A stretch of DNA of 47,903 nucleotides, taken from contig JALAGF010005331.1 in assembly GCA_030167865.1 (NCBI GenBank), positions 1 to 47,903 of the forward strand, in the 5' to 3' direction. This document shows positions 12,201 to 22,254 of this stretch, in pieces. This DNA comes from Craspedostauros australis. Taxonomy: Eukaryota. Each line of letters starts with the position of its first letter. The first letter of the stretch is position 1. The translations under genes were made by a program, and so were the position numbers. Under the pieces are notes generated by a model. That model had not been told where the DNA came from. It searched no databases and saw nothing but the letters and a program-made list of their open reading frames with translations.

Positions 12201-13344
12201 TGATCTCATCAACCATGCTTTGACGAAAGGCACGACAACCTTCACTTCGTTTTCCATCGCAACTCTCGCGATGATGCTCGGTCCTATTCTGGGTGATATG
12301 AAAGCTGGGAAGCTGTATGCCAACTACGCAATGCATTTGTGCGAGACGAATAGTGACAAGTCGGCATCAGTCCGTACCACGCTTGTTGCATATGGTTTTG
12401 TGCTCTCCAACTTTATCCCATACGAGGGATGCAAACAACCATTCTTGGATGCACATCTCGACGGCATGTCCATAGGAGACACCCAAAATGCGATGTGGGT
12501 CCTACTCTACTACTTGGACCTATGCTTCTTCACAGCGAAGCCATTGGGAGACCTGGAGGTGGATCTTTCGACATACACGAATCAGTGCGAAGACTTCAAT
12601 CAAACCAGGTTGCGTGAGTACCTCGCAAGTAGATGGCAAATGGTGTTGAATCTGAGAGGATGGTCCGATCAGCAGACCCTCCTCGTCGGTGAGATCTTCG
12701 ATGAAATCACGGTCATGCAACGCCTTGTGCAAACGAAGGATGAGGGACAAATCATAGACCTGCTTGACATCAAGCTGTTCACATCCGCATACTTCGGTGA
12801 CTACGACGATGCTGTCAAGACAGCCTTCGAGACCTATGACAATGTCGATGAGGGCAAGAAGTACTACATCTCGACCATGTCGTTCTTGTTCTTGTCTTCC
12901 CTCGCCGCAACGATAGTCTTCCATCAACATGACCATCTCTCGTGGTCAAAACGTCACCAGGTCAAACGGTTGGCCCGACGATCGCGTCAGGCACTCCGAG
13001 CCATGGTAAACAAGGGCAACCCAAATGCGATACATGGCCTTGCCATTCTGAACGCAGAAAAAGCTGCATGGAAGGCACACAAGGGGAAGCATCAGATCAC
13101 CGCATTTCAAGCTGCAGTCAAGCTCTATCAGGATGCGATCCGGGCCGCTGCGCGAGGGGGGTTCTCCCAGAACCAAGCACTCGCAAACGAACGTCTGGCC
13201 GAGCACATGGTGTTGGAGGATGACACGGAGGGCGCGGGATATCATTTCGATGAGTCAATTCGGCTGTATGCGGAATGGGGTGCCGACAAGAAGGTGTCGT
13301 TGCTGCGGGAGCGTCGCAAGATTGTCTGTGATACTGGTAAATGA
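9211..13344 (+). CDS. STAND/AAA_16-type P-loop ATPase with helical TPR-like C-terminus (COG3899-like)
   Basis: MVGREKEK, Walker A GYSGTGKS, SGKFD, Walker B WVSDDVQWAD, KKTDGNVFFVQQF, YSFIHDKVQEAA, C-terminal ALANERLA..Y.EWGA..KV. 1377-aa uninterrupted ORF. Confidence 0.85.
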   Translation: MMTTAIPFDGRKHDDGTTASGTAGSDGSCCFSVSVDGNRQPEPGRDGMRSSSIVDSSNFSRSSSMASTEFSVGSSAGSHHFGSEHPRQASISSRPSSSRHRGSNEIFEHQPALATETNRMRTVRKLAEFSQNSLDFSRITMVGREKEKRVLDRLFQQILRKPTSAVSVSASSSSSSDEERSASPNDDESSTSDVSNQGSPGIDNNQNAIGHHANAQTTTIRSLVSISGYSGTGKSALANTLRPKCKVNGVFFVSGKFDLKKMDEPYSGFRTAMTDLCSQICALPRSNSAGGKVTHRATERQGKDTRTFDVIKHRITDDLNIDELQSLNKLIPNLVDVVGSEALSYTKKSNNNDNDGDESTVVSASQRAQATQGFKEQSIRLKFAFRRFIKIICSCCPLVWVSDDVQWADKESLNMIESWMLDTTISSLMVIVCFRSNLVNMDGINNGNTSNDNDLSRKRTSDFGSVSSSSATDLVGPLLASIRKKKRERSIRYVNLEVNNLSLDNLHTMLKQLLGIYNDDDDSSNRGNASTNSYGLAEIVFKKTDGNVFFVQQFIRMLAKDTLLSYDIASMKWLWDNDQIKQETPATINVAELMELKLQQIDTAQYLLPLAACLGSTFSWLLLRTTLAGFVADDGASEDGHRALYESLFGGPPPATEKEWLDILKVYEEEGLIEAHTSGGTTNKINRSGDHDTSGVSASQSVLSESAGPAPAASASVTSEYSFIHDKVQEAALGMIPTKMHLLELQHRVGIILMDRLSPDDSESSVFVLANLLNSRLDMVPQYPSSASPSLPSTTPIEDAGILRTRRFRVAKLNFDAGIKAASHAAFRAAYSYLQTAIDMMPPDHWQSHHDMSIELFTSAAECAYVSNNFERMEKYGQMVIERDDCSLIDKMRAYHVLMDGELASIQRNKASDMMKLGSELMTKLGYRYPKNNTMRLVMTIWRIMKLKISAKKWTIGHLDSMQPSEDPMNELTMNTLDRYLTGAFMADQSLYALIAVDLINHALTKGTTTFTSFSIATLAMMLGPILGDMKAGKLYANYAMHLCETNSDKSASVRTTLVAYGFVLSNFIPYEGCKQPFLDAHLDGMSIGDTQNAMWVLLYYLDLCFFTAKPLGDLEVDLSTYTNQCEDFNQTRLREYLASRWQMVLNLRGWSDQQTLLVGEIFDEITVMQRLVQTKDEGQIIDLLDIKLFTSAYFGDYDDAVKTAFETYDNVDEGKKYYISTMSFLFLSSLAATIVFHQHDHLSWSKRHQVKRLARRSRQALRAMVNKGNPNAIHGLAILNAEKAAWKAHKGKHQITAFQAAVKLYQDAIRAAARGGFSQNQALANERLAEHMVLEDDTEGAGYHFDESIRLYAEWGADKKVSLLRERRKIVCDTGK

Positions 13345-13993
13345 GATATCGCCATGGAGAATAGTATTGCTCTTCAATGTATTATATATCATACCGTTGA
13401 TGCCTGGGTTTCATTTGGTGGAATGCTGTGCATGTTTGCGTTTGCGTGCACTTATAGTGGAACAGGAGAGATTGTTAACAGGCAGAAGGCTTACAATCAG
13501 GGTAGTATGTGACAGGGAACGTTGCGCGAAAGGACGTAGTTCTGTTGTGATGATGGACTGTGGAAGAGGTTGTCCACGACAGGCTTCGTCTTGCGGCAAC
13601 CAAGTTCATGACACAATCAGCCTTGGCAGATACCCACGACCTGATAGTTCATGTGCATGGCTTACGATATCCCAGCATAGCTCATAGCTGTTGATAGAGA
13701 GCGTGCATTCCTCCTTCGTCCCACGCACACATAAACCATCAAACAACTTCACACGACATTATCGAATTCAACTATGTCTTTCATATTCCAGCATGGCTCA
13801 AAGCTGCGACCGTAAGTATTGCTTGCTCAGCTTTTCATCGTACGTGATGATTCAAGGAGCATCACTCTAATTCATTGCGAGCTCGGTGGATGGCGAGATG
13901 CGTGTCGCTGGTGCATACAACTGACACGCTTCAACGTACTCGGAGACAGAGGTGGCCTTGTACCAGGACGAGCACGAAGATTGATTGAGTTGC

Positions 13994-16817
13994 CTATTTT
14001 TTCTTTCGTTTCTTTTTCTTCTTCTTGGAACTGCTGCTGCCACCGGCTGTGCTGCTGGTCGCTGTCGTGCTTGTACTCGCTGTGCCGATCGTAACGTCAT
14101 CATCGTGCGCGTTGGTCCCATCTTGTTTCAAGTTGACGGCCTGCAGCTGCTGTGACAATGTAGTGGCTGAAGCACTTGGATCGATCATGACGGACTTGCC
14201 ATCCCAAACGCACACCCCCTCTAATCCAAGTTGCTTCGCATACGCGGTGTCCAGCCCGATCGTGGATTCGTCCGTCACCGCCGTCGTTTGCTCCACATCC
14301 CCAACAGCAACCGTGATGGTGGCACCAGCGATGGGCGTCTGCTGCCGGATGGTGCCCTGGATCAACGTGTCCAGGAATCCCTTCCAGATGTCGTGGCTGT
14401 CCAAGAACTGCCGCAGGTACGCGCTGGGCGGCAAGGAATCACGGCGCAGCCGCAGGACGTTGAGGCAGTTCCACAGCACCGCTCGCGCTGGGGATGGCGC
14501 CGCGTCGTTGTTGCATGCGCGGATGGCGCGCGTCACGAACTTTGCCTTTTGCAGAACCAGCCGCAGCGTTTGCTCTTCGTGTTCCATGCACACGGCCACG
14601 AACATGCGATAGAATTGAATGTGGTAGAGATCGTTGTGCGGGTATGCGAAGATGAAGCTGCACAGAGCAGGCCACGGGTTGTAGATGATGACTTTGTCAG
14701 CAGCGGTGTCACTTGCTTCTGCCTGCAGTACGTCTCCTTGCGATGCTTCAGCTGACGGTTGTGCCTGCTTCGCAGACTTCTTGTGCTTTTTCTTCTTTTC
14801 CACTTCCGGAGGCATCCTGGTTTGCGCCATGATGGACTCCATAGCACGCAGAGCGGGGGATTTGCTGGCGCTAGTCATGTCGCTCTTGCTTTGACTTGGT
14901 ATTCCATCCACGGTAGTTCCGTAGGAAATGACCTCCGTTAGTAGCATGAGGAGCTGGTGGCGCCAAGATGAGAAGGGCTTGGTTTCGTATTTGCCCGGGT
15001 GACGGATGCGGTTTGCATTCGTTTCGTGTGCTGGATCTCCCTCGTTCTTCGATTCCGCCGTTGTCGGTGCTGTCGACCAGGTCGCTTCGTATTGAAGGCT
15101 CTCAATGGGTAGGCCAAGCAGCTGAATAAGCAACGGGAGCTGCGTTATGAGCGCCGCGTGCATCTTGTCCGTCAGGCCCCATTCCATGAGACGGTTGGTG
15201 CTGGAATCCTCTTCTTCATCCGTCACGATCTTTTCGTCTGCCTGTTCTGTTGCGTCTGTGGCGGGTGCGTGCGACTTGCAGATCCTGGATGAATTTCCGG
15301 TCGCCAATGCGAACGCTTGGTACGCAACGCGGGCGATCGCGGCCGCCCTTTGGTTGTGCTGCCAGTCACCGGACGTGTTGGAATCGAGCAGTTCCTGCAG
15401 TGTGACGAAGATGGCGTGCCACCACTCCGGGGTGCCCAATGGTCGCAGTAGCACATCTTCACCGACAGATTCGGTTGAATCGGCTTTCTTCGCCAGCTTT
15501 TGCGTCTGACCGGTTGCGGCTGCGACGGTTTCTGCATCTGAGAGCGGTGGGTATCCGACGCATTCCAGGATGGTCAAGGTTGCTTCGCATGCTTCCTCTT
15601 CGACGCCGAGGGTCGGAATCGAGCCAGCGGATTGCTCCGTGGAGGCCACCGCTGAAGTGTTCGTTGTCGCATCCTCGTTGGCATTTGTGTTGATGTTCGC
15701 ATCTGCGTCTGCGTATGTGTCCACACCTGAACACCGCTGCGCCAGCTTGGTCATGAGACCCCAATCTGCCAGATTTTTGACAAACTTTCGTCGATGTCCG
15801 TTCGAGATCTGGCTGAGCTTCTTGTTGTTGCTGAACATGTTGCGCTGCGCCATCTCGTAGGTGTGCTGAGCCGACTTCTCGGCAGACGCCATGCCCCTGC
15901 GACCGGTGCAGCCGTAGCATACGAGCTGTGTGAGGAAGGGAAGCGTTTGCAAGGCTGTCCCCGACAGAAGGAGAGGACGCAGATTGGTCTCCAGTCCCCG
16001 CGTGCCGCCGGCGGCAACCGCCGAGATGATGGCGGACGGGTAGTTCTCCAGAAGCGCCTCCAGCACGCATCGTACGTGCACAATCCGAAACGAATTGGTT
16101 GCTGCTGTCCCCGCGGCAGCATTCCCCGATGTTGGCGTGTGGTGATGATTGCTCCCCGTTCCCAACTTCCCCAATCCCTGACACAAACTCTTCACCAGCA
16201 GAGAAGCTCGGCCTGGCGTGCCCACGATAATGCCTTTCTCCTTCTTTTCGATATCATCCTTCAGGATCTTCATGGATCTGTACGATATCGCCGCGGCCTC
16301 TTTGATGTCGACAGAGCTGGTGGCTGACACCGATCCTTCATCAACCTCCAGAATCTTGGACGCGAAGTACATGCAGACTTTGTCCTCATCGTCCGTCTTG
16401 AGCTCTTGGATCTAGATATTATGAATCGCGACGGCCACGATGGGCGCGATGATGGTGGTGATGATGATAGTATCGCATGATGTGATGTGGTTGTCCATGA
16501 ATCGCAAGGGTGGCGACGGCAATCAATCATCCAATGATTGACGATCAAAGGTGCACAAACGGCCGAGACAAGCACAAATTGATGTGAGAAATCGTGCTTT
16601 GACGCAAATCGACAAGAGAGACGGGACGACATGACGACGCCAGGACAAGACAAGGCAAATCAAGCGCACAAACGTCGCACCATTCCACTCTGCGTCGATC
16701 TATTGTGTTATAGTCTCGAATGTCATATGTACTCACCAACTGCCGCGCCCTCGTGGACATCAAGCCGTAGTCGGCAATCTCTGTCTCGAGGAACGCATCT
16801 AACTCGGCGAACGTCAT
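13994..16817 (-). CDS. SAPS/SIT4-associated (PP6 regulatory subunit-like) protein; exons 16817-16737 and 16411-13994
   Basis: GTGAGT donor at 16736 and TAG acceptor ending 16412 join in phase 0 to give ..RARQL|IQELKTDDEDKVCMYF. PFSSWRHQLLMLLTEVI and FIFAYPHNDLYH resemble SAPS motifs. Lys-rich C-terminus. Confidence 0.65.
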
Positions 16818-17029
16818 CCTGTCTCGATCGGACTGGTATGGTCGATATCCTGGCGCATGGGCGTGCGAATATCACTGAGACTGACAACGACCGATGAACA
16901 GCGACCGGCGCAGCTCGCGTATGTAGAAGCTGACGGCAGACTGTCTCGATTCCTCGCCTACTCGCTGCTTGCTCCTCTCTCTCTCTCTGTCGGCGAGATG
17001 ATGATGCCGTTGATGACGTTGATGCCGCT

Positions 17030-17076
17030 GATGTGATGTGATGTGATGTGATGTGATGTGATGTGGTGTGATGTGA
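17030..17076. repeat. (ATGTG)n pentanucleotide microsatellite
   Basis: ~9 tandem units upstream of the SAPS-like gene. Confidence 0.9.
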
Positions 17077-17574
17077 AGCGGTTTTCACTCAGGCGAAGAC
17101 GGAGCGACCGCCGTCAGTTGCCTCGTTGTGTGTCCGGAGAGAGCCATCGCGACCTTCGTGCCGTTGTTGGCGATCGATCCAATTTCTTCGCACAAAACGG
17201 CACAAGGTGAGAGAAAAGATCCACGGACATCCTTCAGATTCTGGAATTGGACTAACATAGTTTCTAGTTATCCTCGCATCGAACGGCCGATTCTACAACA
17301 AGAGGCAAGGTATTGGATGCATTTCACCGCACGATCATAATAGATGAGCGACGACAGGAGAAGTATGCATTATAACTCTTGTAGTCTCAAAATAGAGAGA
17401 GAGAGACGAACTGTACTGTGTTTCCCTAATGAGTCTTCTCTCTGGAGAGAGAGTTGGGAGGAGTCCGCGCAAAGTGGAATTTGGCTGCGGCAACACGCTG
17501 CCGCTCTGGTCTTGGGAAACCAATTCATGAGCTCCATGTATCCATAGCAGTGATACCATACAAATCTCAAACTC

Positions 17575-18501
17575 CTATTTCAATCCCTGAAGAATGGTCG
17601 ACCATTCATCCATCGTCGGCGGCGCTTCCGCCTTGGCTGCACGGACTGAAAACTCCAGATCCCGCCTCCGTGCTTCTCCTTCTGGCGGGGTCATCATCAT
17701 GGCCGCGACCGTCGCTCCGGCAACCGTCACCCGGTTCGTGTCGAACGGCAAGGGCTCGAATGTGGACTTCGACTGCGTCTGCTTGATCATGCCTGGCAAC
17801 GGTTCGGTATCGCCAAGCACGCAATCGGCACCCAAGGTGAACTTGTCATGCGCCATGGTCACGGAAGCCTCCAGGAAATCCACCAACGTGCTGTAGTAAC
17901 ACCGGTCCAAACCAAATTCGTTGCCATCCTCCCCAGGACCTCCGCCCTTCAGCAATCCAGCTCGCACGATGGCCAATCCCAAATTCTTCTCCTCGCACGT
18001 CTTGCGGATGAGCTCCTCCGATGCCAGAAGCTCGCGGTCCTTGCCCGACGACCCACCAAAAAATGCGCCGAATCCGGACTGTTCCTTGCTTTTCGTGATG
18101 CCCATCTTCGACAACACCACGAGCTGCGACAGTTTCTCATCATCGCAGTTCTGCAGCAGCGTGTTCAACGTCTGAGGATCGACGGGCTGTTCGTAGTTCA
18201 CGAACACCATGCAGTCGGCGTTGGACAGGGCACGTTCGATGTCCTCGCCCTCTACGACCAGCTTGGCGTCATCGGGCGATGCATCGGCGGCAGATGTGTC
18301 GACGCCGTACAAAAGGCTTCGAAAGCGCTCCTCAACGCTGGAGGCGCAAATCAAACTGGCATCGGCACCTTCGCGCGCCGCGATCTTGGTCACCAGCAAC
18401 GACAGCTCGCTGGGAAGTCCGTAGACCACCGTCGAAAAGGCGTCGGCGACGATGGATGCGTGCGCGAGGATGCAGTTGATGAGGAGGATGGATCGGGACA
18501 T
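17575..18501 (-). CDS. atypical SDR / NAD(P)-binding Rossmann-like protein, probably plastid-targeted
   Basis: Signal peptide ending ADA|F. ALSNADCMVF, LVVLSKMG, SEELIR, AIVRAGLLKGG and TNRVTVA follow the atypical SDR (NAD_binding_10) pattern. Confidence 0.65.
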   Translation of the reverse strand: MSRSILLINCILAHASIVADAFSTVVYGLPSELSLLVTKIAAREGADASLICASSVEERFRSLLYGVDTSAADASPDDAKLVVEGEDIERALSNADCMVFVNYEQPVDPQTLNTLLQNCDDEKLSQLVVLSKMGITKSKEQSGFGAFFGGSSGKDRELLASEELIRKTCEEKNLGLAIVRAGLLKGGGPGEDGNEFGLDRCYYSTLVDFLEASVTMAHDKFTLGADCVLGDTEPLPGMIKQTQSKSTFEPLPFDTNRVTVAGATVAAMMMTPPEGEARRRDLEFSVRAAKAEAPPTMDEWSTILQGLK

Positions 18502-19558
18502 GGTACGAGTCGTCGTAGGATGGCCGATGCTCGATAAACCGATCGTCGCTGATATCTTCGCTGTTGTGGTGAGTCGGCGAGACTTTCATGTGACATTCCT
18601 GCACAACGCATCGCCGCTGTCACGCGGTTGGCGCATGTGACCATCGTCGGCATCTTCGTCGTCATGTTGAACATGCGTTTCAAAAAATGATCAGTTTTTG
18701 TTTGTCGCCGACCCAATCGACCAACTGCAGTTCCATTCAAGTCGTGGATACTAATTTCACTCGTGTTTCTGACTTCGCGGAACTCGGAAGCGGTTTCGCC
18801 AAAACCAAACAATCACCACATCACCAAAGAAGTTCCGCGCCTCCTCCTCTCTCGGAAGCAGATCCGTCCTCTTGGCAGCACAACCAAGCCATCGTGCCGC
18901 CAGATGAGAGTGCGACGCGTCGAATGTACTCCAGTGCTAGCGATGTGATACGTACAACACGATGCCATGCCATGCCATGCCATGCCGCGCCGAGGCAATT
19001 GGACGGAAGCAAGTCATCCGGACTGCGCCGTGGTCGAGCTTACGGGTTGCAGTTTCTTCTGAGTCGTAGATGGATCGACATCGACATCGATTTCATCGTC
19101 TTTCGTCTCTTCCTTCCATCGCGTCGGATTCGCAGCCGACCAATCATTGGTATTCGTACACCATGCTGTGTACGAGTATGGGACATCTACAAGTTCTGAT
19201 CATCATTGTCCTATGATGTGGTCACAAACTTGGAAGTGCAGACTATCGATCAGGCAGCCAAGCTGATAGACGGGCAACCAGGTGAGTAGTGGGAGCAGCA
19301 TTCAGACAAGCGGGTGGATGGGCAGGGCAAATGAGCGGAGAGACCGATCGATCGGCCAATGGATGGTCCTATCACTTGCAACCATGGCCGACGATTGTGG
19401 GATTTGTGGTAGCACCTCTCCTTCGTTCCTTATGAATAATATTCACCGCTTCCTACGTACCCACTCTTGCCTTCATTCATCATATCACACCATGCAATGT
19501 TTCGCCCATACCAAAGATCGACTCGATGACATCCCTTCAACTCTCGACACCTGCGAGC

Positions 19559-21916
19559 ATGCGCTGGACTCTCTTCTGTCTCCTGGTCAGCTTCGGCCAT
19601 GGATCTTCCGCGATGAGCGAACACGATGGGCGGCACGCACAACAACGCCTCCGCGCGCCATCGCAGCCTCTCACCATGAGCAAGGTAGAGAAGCAGGTTC
19701 GGCGTCTCCAACACATCCATCACCGTGCACTTTCCAACTCCGTCGACGGGAAGTACAACACTACGATGATCGACTGGGATTGGTGGAGCAGTGACAGTGA
19801 CGAGGATACCGACGGCGACAATGGCGATGGCGGGAGCAGCAATCGATGGAATCCGAGAGACTGGGGCATCGACCTTGGCGACTGGGGACTGGAGGATCTC
19901 TTCGATGGCGTCGGCAATGACAATGTGAATGACACCGACGGCAGCCCCTTTGCGGACCTCCTCTGCCCAGCCCTCGAATTCGCCATCGACATGAGTCCAG
20001 ACTTTGGTCGCGTGGGCGATTGCAGCTGCGATGGCGATCTCAACGAAGGCATTGCCATCGGCTGCGTCTTCGATCGCCAATGCCTGGACATTGGCGAAGC
20101 ATTTCAAATCTGTGGTGAGATTGTGTTGAACTTTGCCTTCGACGACGCGGGCACTGTCAATGTCGGCGTCGGCGTCGACATCGCAGGCGACGACTACGAG
20201 CAGATCTACTTCGAGTACGGGATCAAGATGTTCGACAGGGAGCAGCAATCCTGCGTGGCCAAGTACGGCGACGAAGAGTGCCTCGCCTGCACCATCGACG
20301 ACAACTTCTGCTTCGCACTGGATTGCTCCAACCATCTGGAGAGCGCCACCATGGACACGTGCCAACAGCTTCGAGTGGACGGGGACGATGCGTCATCCTT
20401 CATTCCAAAGCTGAAGGTCTTTGATGGCCTCCTCCCCGACTTTGGAAACAACTTGCCATCTCTGGATGATCTTTTCCAGCCGAACTTCGATTGGGGCGCC
20501 ATCGATTGGGCCAACAAGACGTGGGGCGATGTGTTCGACATCGATATGGACGAAATCAGCACATGCTCCGTGGTGAAAAAGCTCGTGGAGATCACAGACG
20601 CCTTCGACGTTGACGGGGAATGCAAGTGCGACGGCAACTTCCGCGACGGCATCGTCCTGAACTGCGGATTCAATACAATTTGCGAGGAAATTGACAACGA
20701 TCCGGATGGCACCATCTGTGCCTCCTCTGAGTTCGCCTTCGCCATCAGCAACCTCGATGACATCGACGTCAGCGTGGCGCTAGATTTCCCAAACGATGAC
20801 ATCGACAAGTTCCAGTTCACCTACAGCATTCCGTTGGGTGATGATAGCGACGAGCAGACATGCACAGCCAAGATCGGTGAGGAGGATTGCACATGCCAGA
20901 TTGAAAACTGGTGCTGGACTGTGGATTGCCCCATCGAGGGTGGTAGGTTTGATACTTGCCAATTCTTGTCCTTGGACAACCAGTACGGTCCTACATCCTT
21001 CTTTCCAAAATTCGATCGCTTCGATCCGAACTTTGAGATCGATTGGGGCAACTACTTCGATTCCCCCAGCTTCGTGTGGGATGATTTCAACTTTACCCAA
21101 TGGTTTGATGCGAACTTTGGCGATTCGCAGGCCATCAACACTTGGAACGACCTCCTGGATGACTTGGAACTTCCAGACTTCAGCATCTGCCCTCTCCTGA
21201 AGCGATCCATCGAGATGGGCAGCGAATTCGGCGATCGTGGCAGCTGCGAATGCAGCGGAACTCCGCCGGATGAGTTGAAGATTTCATGCCATTTCGACAA
21301 TGAATGCATCGATGCTGATACATGCGGCTCTATTACCATCGACTTTCCATTCGCAGGCATCAATGCTGTCGAAGCCAAGGTCTGCGTAGATGAACCGTCG
21401 ACTGTCGGAGGTGGTACCGACATCGAAGTCAAAACAACGACACGAATTGCTGGATCAATGTGCTACGAGTACTCCATCAGCATCGCGGATCGCAATGCCA
21501 ACGGCTGCAAGGCGACCTACGACAACCAACCGTGCGAATGCGAGATTGACGATGCGCATTGCATCAAGGTCGATTGTAACAGCGTCCAGGCTGGAGCCTA
21601 CATGGACACATGTCAGCACTTGGAGTTGGAAGATGCGGATGATGCCAAGCTGTTCGTCCCGCGATTGAACATCGCTGTGGAAGACATGACTGGCAGCGAC
21701 CCCGGCAGCTCCATCACAGCCGCACCCACAACCGGAGCTCCGACTTCGGCACCAGGTGGTAATGACAACCAGAAGAAGGACGACACCGAAGATACGACGA
21801 AGGATGAAAACAGGGCCAAGGACAAGTCGTCAGCGGCGGGATTATTCATTGTTTGGCCTGCCGGGGCCGTTGGCGCAGTTGCCGTGCTGGCCTCCATTGG
21901 GTTGGCCACAGTGTGA
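19559..21916 (+). CDS. secreted acidic Cys-rich protein with three ~150-aa repeats, probable GPI anchor
   Basis: Signal MRWTLFCLLVSFGHGSSA (alternative ATG 19526) and RRL/RAL pro-motifs. Three repeats start at ~19961, 20561 and 21185. Thr/Pro/Ala stalk, then SSA and a hydrophobic C-terminal tail with no cytosolic part. Confidence 0.85.
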   Translation: MRWTLFCLLVSFGHGSSAMSEHDGRHAQQRLRAPSQPLTMSKVEKQVRRLQHIHHRALSNSVDGKYNTTMIDWDWWSSDSDEDTDGDNGDGGSSNRWNPRDWGIDLGDWGLEDLFDGVGNDNVNDTDGSPFADLLCPALEFAIDMSPDFGRVGDCSCDGDLNEGIAIGCVFDRQCLDIGEAFQICGEIVLNFAFDDAGTVNVGVGVDIAGDDYEQIYFEYGIKMFDREQQSCVAKYGDEECLACTIDDNFCFALDCSNHLESATMDTCQQLRVDGDDASSFIPKLKVFDGLLPDFGNNLPSLDDLFQPNFDWGAIDWANKTWGDVFDIDMDEISTCSVVKKLVEITDAFDVDGECKCDGNFRDGIVLNCGFNTICEEIDNDPDGTICASSEFAFAISNLDDIDVSVALDFPNDDIDKFQFTYSIPLGDDSDEQTCTAKIGEEDCTCQIENWCWTVDCPIEGGRFDTCQFLSLDNQYGPTSFFPKFDRFDPNFEIDWGNYFDSPSFVWDDFNFTQWFDANFGDSQAINTWNDLLDDLELPDFSICPLLKRSIEMGSEFGDRGSCECSGTPPDELKISCHFDNECIDADTCGSITIDFPFAGINAVEAKVCVDEPSTVGGGTDIEVKTTTRIAGSMCYEYSISIADRNANGCKATYDNQPCECEIDDAHCIKVDCNSVQAGAYMDTCQHLELEDADDAKLFVPRLNIAVEDMTGSDPGSSITAAPTTGAPTSAPGGNDNQKKDDTEDTTKDENRAKDKSSAAGLFIVWPAGAVGAVAVLASIGLATV

Positions 21917-22254
21917 GCACAAGGCAGAAATGCAAGAATGCGCATTGTGACATTTCCTAAACAGGTGTAGCAACACCAATTGTAGCAAACGAACGCAGTT
22001 GTACTGGCATGGTACCAAAGTAAGGGGATTTAGACTGTTATGCGAGACTCCATTTCGTTACTTGTATGCGGCAATTCCCCCTGCGAATTCCTCGTACAGC
22101 CATCCCAGCGAGAATCATCCGCGTAGAGTACATGTACATACGGGTGCGAGTGTGTATGAACAGTCTGACCAGAATACGAGTAGTGCGAGCATGCGCGAGA
22201 CGGTTTCCATGCCGCTCACCAACCAAACCCTTTCGCATTCGCCTGTTTCAATCC

